Part shown: in pieces, positions 15,798 through 24,116 of the stretch
Layout: each line of letters opens with the position of its first letter
Numbering within the stretch: position 1 is the first letter of the stretch
Source: Akkermansia muciniphila ATCC BAA-835
GTDB lineage: Bacteria > Verrucomicrobiota > Verrucomicrobiia > Verrucomicrobiales > Akkermansiaceae
Assembly (NCBI RefSeq): GCF_000020225.1
Contig: NC_010655.1
Span: 1,350,001 to 1,382,000 of the forward strand
Reading direction: 5' to 3'
Length of the DNA: 32,000 bases
Notes under the pieces: generated by a model
Told to the model about the DNA's origin: nothing
The model's database searches: none
The model's input: only the letters and a program-made list of their open reading frames with translations
Position numbers and translations under genes: made by a program

Positions 15798-18700
15798 ATG
15801 TTTACCAACGATCAACAAAATGACGCCCCCTCTTTGAACAGGGGTTCCGCAAACATGATTAACTCCAACCCCGCCGCCGGGCTTCCCGATGCGGCCAGCC
15901 AGCCCGGCGCGCCGAGCGCCGCAGCGCCCCTCAATGCCATGTCCACACCCATTCAGCCATACGGCGCGGATTCCGTTATTTATGAGAAATCCGACAACTT
16001 CGTTCAGACGTCTGCCGGAGCCGATGTCTTCATGTCTCCAGTCAACGACACCTTTACCGTCCCGGAAGGCGGGGCCACGGCTGTGGCCAGCCTGACGGTG
16101 GATGACTGGGGCAAGCTGACCATTTCCGGCCCGGGCGGCACGTTTGAGCTGGACCTGACCTCCGCCGCCGATGAACCCGGAGAACTGGGAGGCCACCAGG
16201 AATGGTCCAAATCAGGCTCCTTTGAGTTATCCGAAGGCACGTACACTCTCTCCATCACGCACCAGAACATCGACATGCCGCACAACGAATACAACCAGTC
16301 CGTGTGCAGGTACTCCGTGACGGTGACCGCGCATGGGGGCTCCAGCAGCAGTTCAAGCAGTTCGGACACCCCTCCTTCTTCCCTGTCGAGCAGCTCCTCT
16401 TCGGACGTGCCGCCGGAGGAAAAGGAAATCTGCTGCCGTTGCGGTTGTTGTACAGACGCGGAAGGCAATGAATACACCATTGCGGCGGAAAAACTGCCGG
16501 GTGACCCCGGCGTGGAAATCTGCATGTCCCAGGCCGAATTCCTGGCCAGGGGAGGGGCTTCGGCTCCGTCTCCCGCGGCCTTCAGCCTCCGCTCCGCGGA
16601 AAACGCCCGTGAAACGGCGGAAGCCTGCGGCGGCCTGAAATACGTGAGCCCGTGGGCCTGGCGCGCCCATCTGGACGAAACGTCCGGCCTCATCACCATG
16701 GTGCCGCCGGCGGGCGCCGCGCTTTACTTCAACGTGCAGGCCGGTTCCGATACGGCCCTGCCTGCGGGCATCTCCCGCAAGCGCGACTTCAGGGTGCAGC
16801 TGCTGGATGAAACTCTGGCTCCTGCCGCTTCCGGCGCCCCCGCCTACCTTTCCCTGGTGGACGCGGACGGGCAGAAAATCCGCTTCTCCGCGGAAACCGG
16901 CGCTGTGGTCGGCATGACCTCCGCCTCCGGCAGGGTTCTTCTGGCGGAAGACTACTTCCGGAATGTGAGCAATACGTATGACCATGAGGGCAGCCTGGTA
17001 AGCAGCTACAGCGCCGCGGAGGGGCTGATGCGCACCCGGACCGGAGCGGACGGAGAACTCGTCATGGAATGGTACGCTCCCGCCGCCGTCACGGTCCTGG
17101 CCGACGGAACATACGAGGTAACGGGGGAACCTTATAAAACCTCCTCCTTCCTGTCCTCGGAAGAAAACGGCGTGCGGACCACCGTCATCACGCGCCAGCA
17201 GCGCGGACTGCCGGCCCACACCATCACCCGTACGGAAGAACCCGGCAGAGTCAGCATCGCCAAAGGCCAGGGGGACGACACCATCATCCGTACCATTGAA
17301 ACCAACCGCCTCTACGGAGGCCTCTCGGAACGCATTGAGACCGTCAGGGGCATCAACGATGCCGAGCCTGTTTCCTGCAGCCGCAGCGTCAGGCAATACA
17401 CGGACGGCGGCTGGCTGCTGGTAAGCGAAACGGAAGCCTTCAACACGCCGCTGGCGCGGACGACCTCCTACGAATACAACAGCCAGTACCGCGTCTCCCG
17501 GATCAACCGCCCGGACGGAGGCTACACGCGCTATGAATACGACGGCGAAGGACGGGTCACGCTTGAGGCGGCGCCCTGGGCCGGCGGCGGAGAACAGGTA
17601 ACCCGGACCGAATACGCCGGCCTGCGCTTCTACGACAACCGTCCGGTGCGTGTCGCCGAATCCCGGGTGCTGTCCGACGGCACGGAAATCGAACTGACGG
17701 CCGTCGCTTACGCCTATGAGCAGTCTCCCCTCATGGAACGGGTTGTCAAAACCGTGACTGCCGCCGGTTCCAGCCAGGAACAGACAAGCGTGGAAGAAAC
17801 GTATGGAGAAGCCGCCGCCTATCCCTATGCCGCCGGGCAAATGAAATTCACCCGGGACATTGCCGGAGTGGAAACCTCCTATGACTATGAGGCGGCCGCG
17901 GAACACGGCGCCGCGCATAAAAAGACGGCCATCACCAAAGCCGGCGGCGGACTGGTGGCCGGACAGAGCCGCAAGACGGAATCGTTCATTGCCGCCAATG
18001 ATACGGTGCTTTTTGAGCAGGAAAGCATCTGGGATGGTGAAAACTGGCTGCTGCTCTCAAGCGGCGCCCATGAATACGATGAAGAAGGCCGCCGCACGAA
18101 AACCACGCGGGGCAACGGCCGCGTCAGCGTCACGTCCTGGATGTGCTGCGGCAAGCTCTCGGAAACGGACGAAGATGGTGTCCTGACGTCGTACGGTTAC
18201 AACAGCGCCCACCAGCTGGTGGAAACCATCCGTTCGGAAATCAGCGACGGAGACACGGTCGTTACCCCGGAAACCATCACCACCTACACCCGGGACGCCT
18301 CCGGGCGCGCCCTGCAGACGCGCCGGGACAGGGGAGCCATGACCACGACGGAAAGCGTGGAATACGACAGGCTCGGCCGTATCGTCAGGCAAACGGATGT
18401 GCTGGGTCGGGTGACGGCGACAGCCTACAGCGAAGACGGCCTTACGGAAACCGTCACGACGCCCTCCGGCGCTACCCTCGTCACGGAATATCATGCCGAC
18501 GGCTCCGTACTTCATGAATACGGCACGGGACAGCGCGAACGCTGCCATGTCTATGACATTGACAATAACTGTTTGAGGGAAACCGTTACCCTGGCCGGCC
18601 AGACCATCATCCTTTCCCGGACCCTGGTCAACGGCTTCGGACAAAGCGTCGTGCAAGTGACGCCCACGACTGCCGGGTTCCTGTATGACCGTTCCGAATA

Positions 18701-21700
18701 CGATGAACAGGGGAGTCTCATCCGCTCATGGAGGGATGCGGGAACGCAGGAGGGGGCCGTCGCCATGGCGCCTGCGCTCTATGAATACGATGCCTTTGGC
18801 AACATGACCAGGGAAACGCTCGCCCTGGCGGAGCAGCCCGCTCCGGACAACAGCCCCATCCGGGAATATGCCTTCAGCGTGGAAAACGCGGAGGACGGCG
18901 TCTATATGGTGACGGCGCAAATCCGCTACAATGCTGAGGGACAGCCGCTTGTCTCCGTACGGAAGCAGCTCCTGTCCGAACTCTCCGGAGTTCTGGAAAC
19001 AAAAACGGTCATCGTTAACGAACGCGGCTTGACTTCGGCGGAATGGACGGAGTATGCTGGAAATACGAAAAGAATCCAAAAGAGCGTTATCCCCTCTTCC
19101 AGCGTCACGGCTCAAACGGTGGCGATGGATGGTTGGGTGCTCTCGCAGCAGAACCACGCGGGCATCACGGAGACGGCCGCCCGCGCCTATACGGCCTCGG
19201 GCATGACTCTGACCCGCACGGACGGCCGCGGCAACACGGTCACGACCCGGACCGACCTGGCCGGTCGGGCCGTCAGCGTGACGGACGCCGCGGGGAATGA
19301 AACCGTGACGCAATACGACTCCTGCCACGACCTGGCTGCCGTAGTGACGGACGCGCTGGGCAATACGAAATGCGCCAGATACGACGCCAGAGGCCGGAAA
19401 ACGGCCGAATGGGGGACGGGGACGCAGCCCCTGCTCATGGGCTATGACGAGGCCGACCGCCTGGTGAGCCTGACCACCTTCCGCGCGGCGCAGGAAGGCG
19501 ACATCGCGGAGGACCCCTCCGAGCGCGCGGACGGCGACACCACCACCTGGAACTATGACGAAGCCACGGGGCTGGAAACGCGCAAAACCTATGCCGACGG
19601 AACGCACGTGGACAAAACCTGGGACGCCTTCAACAGGCTTGCTACGGAAACAAACGCCCGCGGCATCGTCAAGACCTGCACTTACGAACAGCCACGCGGG
19701 CTGCTGGTGGGAATCAGCTACTCAGACGCCACGCCCGGCCAGAGCTTCGCCTACGATCACCTCGGTCAATTGACGCAAATCACTGATGTTGCCGGAACGC
19801 GAACCTTCGCCTACAATCTCTACGGAGAACCGGAAACCGACAGCCTTGCGGCAAACGGCATCGCCTGGCAGGTCTCCGAGCGCTATGACGGGCTTGGCCG
19901 TCAGGCGGGGTACGAATTAAGCGCGGACGGCCGCCGCGTCCAGCAGACGCACCTGTCCTATGACGGGAAAGGCCGCCTCTCCACCCTCACGGCGGAAGGC
20001 ATGGAAACGCCCTTCTCCTGGACTTACTCCGAACATGGAGGGCTTGTGGAACAACTCGCCTACCCCAACGGCATGACCCGGGTCAACACCTATGAAGACA
20101 GCCGCGACCTCCTCTCCGTCATCGACTACCAGAGGCCCGGAAGCGCCAACCCGCCGGCAAGGCACGAATACGACTACGACGCGCTGGGCCGTCCTGCACG
20201 GCGCAGGGACACGTGGAACACGGCGGCGCCCAAAACGACGCGTTTGTTCACCTACAACAGCCGTGGCGAACTGGTCGGAGATCAGCTCAGGCCCGGCGGC
20301 CGCTTTGGCTATCAGTACGACAACATCGGCAACCGGAAAGAAGCCTTCGAATTCGGCAGCACCACGGACTATGAAACCGATGAACTCAACCGGTATGCGG
20401 GCATCGTCAGAAATAGAGGGGAAGCCTTTACACCCCAATACGACGCGGACGGCAACCAGACGCTGGTAAAAACATCCACGGGCATCTGGGAAGTCACCTA
20501 CAACGCGGAAAACCGGCCCGTGAAATTCGAAAGCGAAGACGGAGGGACAACCGTGGAATGCGCCTACGACTCCATGGGCAGGAGATTCGAGAAAAAAGTG
20601 ACGGTTGGAGGGACAACGGGCTTCCACGCGCGCTACCTCTACCGTGACTACCTGCAGGTGGCGGAGTGCGACTTGACCGGGGAAACGCCGGAGGTTGTGC
20701 GCAGTTACATCTGGGACCCCTCGGAACCTGAGGCCACGCGCGTCCTGTCCATGACGCGCTGGGAAGCGAACGGGACGCAGGAGAAAGAGCATCTCTACTG
20801 CATGCACGACGCGATGAAAAACGTCACCTCCCTCTTCGGGGAAGCGCGCGGACGCCGCGCCCTGTATGAATACCGGCCGTACGGAGGTCTGATCACGTCG
20901 GAAGGCAACATGGCGGAAGAGAACAAATTCCGCTTCTCCAGCGAATACATGGACGACGAACTTGGGCTGGTCTACTACAACTACCGGCATCTCAATCCGC
21001 TTGACGGCAGGTGGATCAGCCGCGATCCCATTGAGGAAGAAGGTGGTTGGAATTTGTTCGCGTTTGTAGGAAATAGAATTTTTAATCAAGCTGATATTTT
21101 AGGGTTGTGGCCATGGTCCCAGAAACAACCAGATCCTCCAACCTTTACAACAGAAACAAAAAAATGTCCAGATAAAAATACGATAAGCGTAGTTGTGCGT
21201 AGAAGTAACGAAATTACGGTGGATGCAGACGGTTCTCCTCGTGCGTATCATCCAAAAAACATAGGGTTAGATGATAATAGAAATGGAGGAATAGGAAAAG
21301 ATAATTACGGTATTGTTAGTCCTGATGTTATTCAAGGGAAAAATGATCCTGCTCCAGGTTATTATGTATCAGTTACAGCATTATTCGATCCCCGGAAAAA
21401 GAAAACAGACCCTCGTAGATATGTAAATTCAGAAGTAATTCCATATCTTGTTTTTAATAAAGAGGATAGAAAAAAAGGTGCTAAGGCCGGTGATTATGCA
21501 ACAGTTACTAAAAAGATGCCAAATGGTGATCTTTTAATTGTTCACGCTATTGTTGCAGATTATAACCCTTATTCTAAAGGGGAAGGTTCTATAAAATTAG
21601 TAAAGGAATTAGGAGGAAATCCGGATCCTAGAAGAGGAGGGGTAAAATGTAAGGAAGGTTTTACTATTTACGTGTATCCTGGGACTGCAGAAAAATTTGA

Positions 21701-21773
21701 TAGCGATAAAGTTTCTCATGAAACTATTCAAAAAAAAGGTAAAGAAATTTGGGATAAGCAGCATAACAAATAA
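15798..21773 (+). CDS. RHS/YD-repeat polymorphic toxin (1991 aa) with variable C-terminal toxin tip
   Basis: Many YD repeats are present: YEYDGEGRV, VEYDRLGRI, YEYDAFGNM, ARYDARGRK, FAYDHLGQL, LSYDGKGRL, YDYDALGRP, YQYDNIGNR, PQYDADGNQ and CAYDSMGRR. The RHS core ends ...YNYRHLNPLDGRWISRDPIEEEGGWNLFAFVGNRIFNQADILGL at nt 21107, and an AT-rich tip follows. Confidence 0.95.
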   Translation: MFTNDQQNDAPSLNRGSANMINSNPAAGLPDAASQPGAPSAAAPLNAMSTPIQPYGADSVIYEKSDNFVQTSAGADVFMSPVNDTFTVPEGGATAVASLTVDDWGKLTISGPGGTFELDLTSAADEPGELGGHQEWSKSGSFELSEGTYTLSITHQNIDMPHNEYNQSVCRYSVTVTAHGGSSSSSSSSDTPPSSLSSSSSSDVPPEEKEICCRCGCCTDAEGNEYTIAAEKLPGDPGVEICMSQAEFLARGGASAPSPAAFSLRSAENARETAEACGGLKYVSPWAWRAHLDETSGLITMVPPAGAALYFNVQAGSDTALPAGISRKRDFRVQLLDETLAPAASGAPAYLSLVDADGQKIRFSAETGAVVGMTSASGRVLLAEDYFRNVSNTYDHEGSLVSSYSAAEGLMRTRTGADGELVMEWYAPAAVTVLADGTYEVTGEPYKTSSFLSSEENGVRTTVITRQQRGLPAHTITRTEEPGRVSIAKGQGDDTIIRTIETNRLYGGLSERIETVRGINDAEPVSCSRSVRQYTDGGWLLVSETEAFNTPLARTTSYEYNSQYRVSRINRPDGGYTRYEYDGEGRVTLEAAPWAGGGEQVTRTEYAGLRFYDNRPVRVAESRVLSDGTEIELTAVAYAYEQSPLMERVVKTVTAAGSSQEQTSVEETYGEAAAYPYAAGQMKFTRDIAGVETSYDYEAAAEHGAAHKKTAITKAGGGLVAGQSRKTESFIAANDTVLFEQESIWDGENWLLLSSGAHEYDEEGRRTKTTRGNGRVSVTSWMCCGKLSETDEDGVLTSYGYNSAHQLVETIRSEISDGDTVVTPETITTYTRDASGRALQTRRDRGAMTTTESVEYDRLGRIVRQTDVLGRVTATAYSEDGLTETVTTPSGATLVTEYHADGSVLHEYGTGQRERCHVYDIDNNCLRETVTLAGQTIILSRTLVNGFGQSVVQVTPTTAGFLYDRSEYDEQGSLIRSWRDAGTQEGAVAMAPALYEYDAFGNMTRETLALAEQPAPDNSPIREYAFSVENAEDGVYMVTAQIRYNAEGQPLVSVRKQLLSELSGVLETKTVIVNERGLTSAEWTEYAGNTKRIQKSVIPSSSVTAQTVAMDGWVLSQQNHAGITETAARAYTASGMTLTRTDGRGNTVTTRTDLAGRAVSVTDAAGNETVTQYDSCHDLAAVVTDALGNTKCARYDARGRKTAEWGTGTQPLLMGYDEADRLVSLTTFRAAQEGDIAEDPSERADGDTTTWNYDEATGLETRKTYADGTHVDKTWDAFNRLATETNARGIVKTCTYEQPRGLLVGISYSDATPGQSFAYDHLGQLTQITDVAGTRTFAYNLYGEPETDSLAANGIAWQVSERYDGLGRQAGYELSADGRRVQQTHLSYDGKGRLSTLTAEGMETPFSWTYSEHGGLVEQLAYPNGMTRVNTYEDSRDLLSVIDYQRPGSANPPARHEYDYDALGRPARRRDTWNTAAPKTTRLFTYNSRGELVGDQLRPGGRFGYQYDNIGNRKEAFEFGSTTDYETDELNRYAGIVRNRGEAFTPQYDADGNQTLVKTSTGIWEVTYNAENRPVKFESEDGGTTVECAYDSMGRRFEKKVTVGGTTGFHARYLYRDYLQVAECDLTGETPEVVRSYIWDPSEPEATRVLSMTRWEANGTQEKEHLYCMHDAMKNVTSLFGEARGRRALYEYRPYGGLITSEGNMAEENKFRFSSEYMDDELGLVYYNYRHLNPLDGRWISRDPIEEEGGWNLFAFVGNRIFNQADILGLWPWSQKQPDPPTFTTETKKCPDKNTISVVVRRSNEITVDADGSPRAYHPKNIGLDDNRNGGIGKDNYGIVSPDVIQGKNDPAPGYYVSVTALFDPRKKKTDPRRYVNSEVIPYLVFNKEDRKKGAKAGDYATVTKKMPNGDLLIVHAIVADYNPYSKGEGSIKLVKELGGNPDPRRGGVKCKEGFTIYVYPGTAEKFDSDKVSHETIQKKGKEIWDKQHNK
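19704..19754 (+). repeat. 51-bp anchor repeat (LVGISYSDATPGQSFAY), copy in main rhs
   Basis: ctggtgggaatcagctactcagacgccacgcccggccagagcttcgcctac recurs at 22548-22598 with three mismatches. It also recurs in degraded form at 24621-24669. Confidence 0.85.
20969..21107 (+). repeat. 139-bp core-end repeat, copy A (main rhs)
   Basis: Aligns base for base with 23711-23849; I count six mismatches. It encodes VYYNYRHLNP.DGRWISRDPIEEEGGWNLFAFVGN.IFNQ.DILGL. Confidence 0.85.
21108..21770 (+). other. C-terminal toxin domain of the RHS protein; GH75 (chitosanase-type)-like fold proposed
   Basis: 221 codons at roughly one-third G+C on sampled lines. Three blocks (ITVDADGSPRAYHP, VIPYLVFNKED and GDYATVTKKMPNGDLLIVHAIVADYNPYSKGEGSIKLVKELG) parallel GH75 blocks recalled from memory: DxDG, PYVVF and GxWGDTN...GEASISLA. 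Confidence 0.45.
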
Positions 21774-21785
21774 TACAATAATTAT

Positions 21786-22364
21786 ATGAAATTATACATA
21801 GTATCTTTAATACTATTTTTTAGTACATCAAACTGTCAATATAATCTTAAAACGGTTGTAGAACCTAATAAAAATCATGATAGTGCCATTGTTGATGATG
21901 TTCAAATATTGGAAAAATCATCTAGTAGTTCAATATGGAAAAAATATTATGTTAAAATTCATGGCCTAGAAAAAGATATTCCAGGAGAATATATAGATTC
22001 TCCATACATTATTGAATACAAAAATAGACTTATTCTAGTATGTTCTATTAAAAGAGAGTCGGTTGTTTTTGTTGTTACAAGAAAAAATAATCAATTGGAG
22101 TTTATTCCTGTAACTGAAAAAAATAATTATGAATTGTTCATGGATAAATGTCGAAATATGAAATATTATCCTATTCGTTTTGTAAATGGAACATTGCTTA
22201 AATTGAAAAATGGGCAACTAGTATCTGATTATTCGATAGAGTGTTCTTCTAAAGAATTTCCCGATCCTTCTGATATTATTTATTTAGAATTTAAAGGAAT
22301 ATTTGATTTTGATTTCAAAAAAAATATATTGGAATTGAAAAGTATAGAAGGGCCTATAAATTAA
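21786..22364 (+). CDS. putative cognate immunity protein (exported, signal peptide/lipoprotein-like)
   Basis: ATG lies 12 nt after the rhs stop. AT-rich like the tip. The N-terminus is MKLYIVSLILFFSTSNCQ... No family recognised. Confidence 0.65.
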   Translation: MKLYIVSLILFFSTSNCQYNLKTVVEPNKNHDSAIVDDVQILEKSSSSSIWKKYYVKIHGLEKDIPGEYIDSPYIIEYKNRLILVCSIKRESVVFVVTRKNNQLEFIPVTEKNNYELFMDKCRNMKYYPIRFVNGTLLKLKNGQLVSDYSIECSSKEFPDPSDIIYLEFKGIFDFDFKKNILELKSIEGPIN

Positions 22365-22463
22365 CTCTTTCTATATTTGGTAATAATTTGAATTTCCTGG
22401 GTTGATAATTAATAAAAAACTTTATTAATTATCATAGAGTAAAAATTCCTTGTTATTTATACC

Positions 22464-22500
22464 ATGTTCCTTCCGGCATAAGCTGGAAGGAACATTTGCT
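22464..22500 (+). terminator. possible terminator hairpin after the immunity gene
   Basis: 11-bp stem: atgttccttcc (22464-22474) pairs with ggaaggaacat (22485-22495). The T-tract (tttgct) is weak. Confidence 0.35.
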
Positions 22501-22502
22501 AT

Positions 22503-24116
22503 ATGAGGATGAGCAAATATTCATCCTGCCTTATCCACCGGAATTTTCTGGTGGGAATTAGCTATTCGGACGCCACGCCCGGCCAGAGCTTCGCCTACAA
22601 TCCCTACGGAGAACTGGAAACCGACAACCTGCGAGTGGGCAACCACACCCACCTCATCACCGAGAAAAAAGACGCCTTCGGGCGCAGCACAGGCTACATC
22701 TACGCGCGGAGCGGCGCGGCGCAGCACACCGTAAGCATCGGCTACGGGGAAGACGGCCGCATCGCCACGGCCGGGTTCCTGCAGGGCAGCGCGCCCCAGA
22801 CCTTCACCTGGCAATACATGGAAGGAAGCGGCCTGCCCTCCGTGATGGCCATGCCCAACGGCATGACGCTGGAATGGGGCTATGAGGAAAAGCGGAATCT
22901 GGTCTCTACCATGGTCTACAAACGCGGCGCCACAAGAGTTGTGGAAAGGGAATACGTTTACGACAGCCTGGCAAGGCCCGTTACGCGGCGCACGGCCCGC
23001 CAGGGGAATACCGTCAACGACAGCTTTGCCTGCAACAGCCGGAGCGAACTGACCGCCGCCACCGTCAGCGGCAAGACATACGGCTACAGTTACGACAACA
23101 TAGGCAACCGGAAAACCGCGCGGGAAGACGCGGAAGAAGCGACCGCCTACACAACCGGCCCGCTCAACCAATACACCGCCATCGAGCGCGGAGAAGAAGC
23201 CGCCTTTGAGCCGGTTCACGACGCGGACGGCAATCAGACATTGATCAGGACATCCACCGGCATCTGGCAAGTCGCCTACAACGCGGAAAACCGCCCGGTG
23301 CGCTTCGTCAATGAAAGCGCCAAAACCGTGGTGGAATGCACCTACGACTACATGGGCAGGCGGCACACCCGCAAAGTGAGCGTCAACGGGACGGTGAGCA
23401 GCTACCTGCGCTACATGTACCGTGGCTACCTGCAAATAGCCGCCATAGATGCCGTCAGCGGAGTCTTTCGATGGTTCCTGTTCTGGGACCCGACGCAGCC
23501 TGAGGCTGCGCGTCCGCTGGCCATCCGCAAAGACGGCGCCTGGTACGCCTACGGGTGGGATCTGACCGGGAACGTCACGGGAATCTTCGGGAAAGCCGGT
23601 TACCTGCGGACGGTCTACACCTACACGCCTTACGGAGAAGTCACCGCCGAAGGGGATGTCACCCAGCCCATCCAGTGGAGCAGCGAATACAGTGACGAAG
23701 AACTGGGGTTGGTCTACTACAACTACCGGCATCTCAATCCGCACGACGGAAGGTGGATCAGCCGCGATCCCATCGAGGAAGAAGGTGGTTGGAATTTGTT
23801 CGCGTTTGTAGGAAATAAAATTTTTAATCAATCTGATATTTTAGGGTTGATATGTACAATAGAATATAGTATAAAATTACATACAATATTAATAAGGAAG
23901 GTAGATAAAGATAGTAATATACTTCGTTTAACGACGAGTAGAGTTTTTTCTGGAAATGGTGATGGGAAAAATAATCCGGACAATGTTGGAAATAAAGATA
24001 ACGGTCCTATACCACCAGGGAAATACTATGTGATAAAAAGACAATCTGGAGGAATTCGGAGCCAAATTAAAGATTGGACCTACAAATTATGGAATGATAA
24101 TGATAAGAATCAATAG
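22503..24116 (+). CDS. orphan RHS C-terminal cassette 1 (core fragment plus Tlde1/DUF2778-like tip, ending at an in-frame TAG)
   Basis: Homology to the main rhs gene begins at 22548 (LVGISYSDATPGQSFAY). YD repeats and the core end ...YNYRHLNPHDGRWISRDPIEEEGGWNLFAFVGNKIFNQSDILGL (ends 23849) are present. The AT-rich tip reads ...FSGNGDGKNNPDNVGNKDNGPIPPGKYYVIKR... ATG 22503 is probably fortuitous. Confidence 0.8.
   Translation: MRMSKYSSCLIHRNFLVGISYSDATPGQSFAYNPYGELETDNLRVGNHTHLITEKKDAFGRSTGYIYARSGAAQHTVSIGYGEDGRIATAGFLQGSAPQTFTWQYMEGSGLPSVMAMPNGMTLEWGYEEKRNLVSTMVYKRGATRVVEREYVYDSLARPVTRRTARQGNTVNDSFACNSRSELTAATVSGKTYGYSYDNIGNRKTAREDAEEATAYTTGPLNQYTAIERGEEAAFEPVHDADGNQTLIRTSTGIWQVAYNAENRPVRFVNESAKTVVECTYDYMGRRHTRKVSVNGTVSSYLRYMYRGYLQIAAIDAVSGVFRWFLFWDPTQPEAARPLAIRKDGAWYAYGWDLTGNVTGIFGKAGYLRTVYTYTPYGEVTAEGDVTQPIQWSSEYSDEELGLVYYNYRHLNPHDGRWISRDPIEEEGGWNLFAFVGNKIFNQSDILGLICTIEYSIKLHTILIRKVDKDSNILRLTTSRVFSGNGDGKNNPDNVGNKDNGPIPPGKYYVIKRQSGGIRSQIKDWTYKLWNDNDKNQ
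22548..22598 (+). repeat. 51-bp anchor repeat, copy at the 5' edge of orphan 1
   Basis: See 19704-19754. Homology to the main gene starts exactly here. Confidence 0.85.
23711..23849 (+). repeat. 139-bp core-end repeat, copy B (orphan 1)
   Basis: See copy A at 20969-21107. Confidence 0.85.

Noticed and set aside
22404-22433. A perfect 13-bp AT-only inverted repeat (gataattaataaa / tttattaattatc) between the immunity gene and orphan 1.
   Set aside because: In DNA this AT-rich, such palindromes arise easily. There is no second copy or flanking mobile-element features. At most it is part of transcription termination.
22503-22547. ATG 22503 as a genuine translation start of an independently expressed orphan RHS protein.
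   Set aside because: The first 15 codons are AT-rich non-homologous sequence fused to the anchor repeat. The ATG is probably fortuitous, so the cassette is more likely silent unless recombined into the main gene.
14463-23831. Very long antisense ORFs opposite the GT and rhs genes: 14463..16196, 16353..17918, 18057..18656, 18726..19607, 19917..21089 and 22521..23831, all on the minus strand.
   Set aside because: Their products are Arg/Gly/Ala/Pro-rich low-information sequences. They lie exactly opposite sense-strand genes with strong family motifs. They are typical shadow ORFs of high-GC coding DNA.
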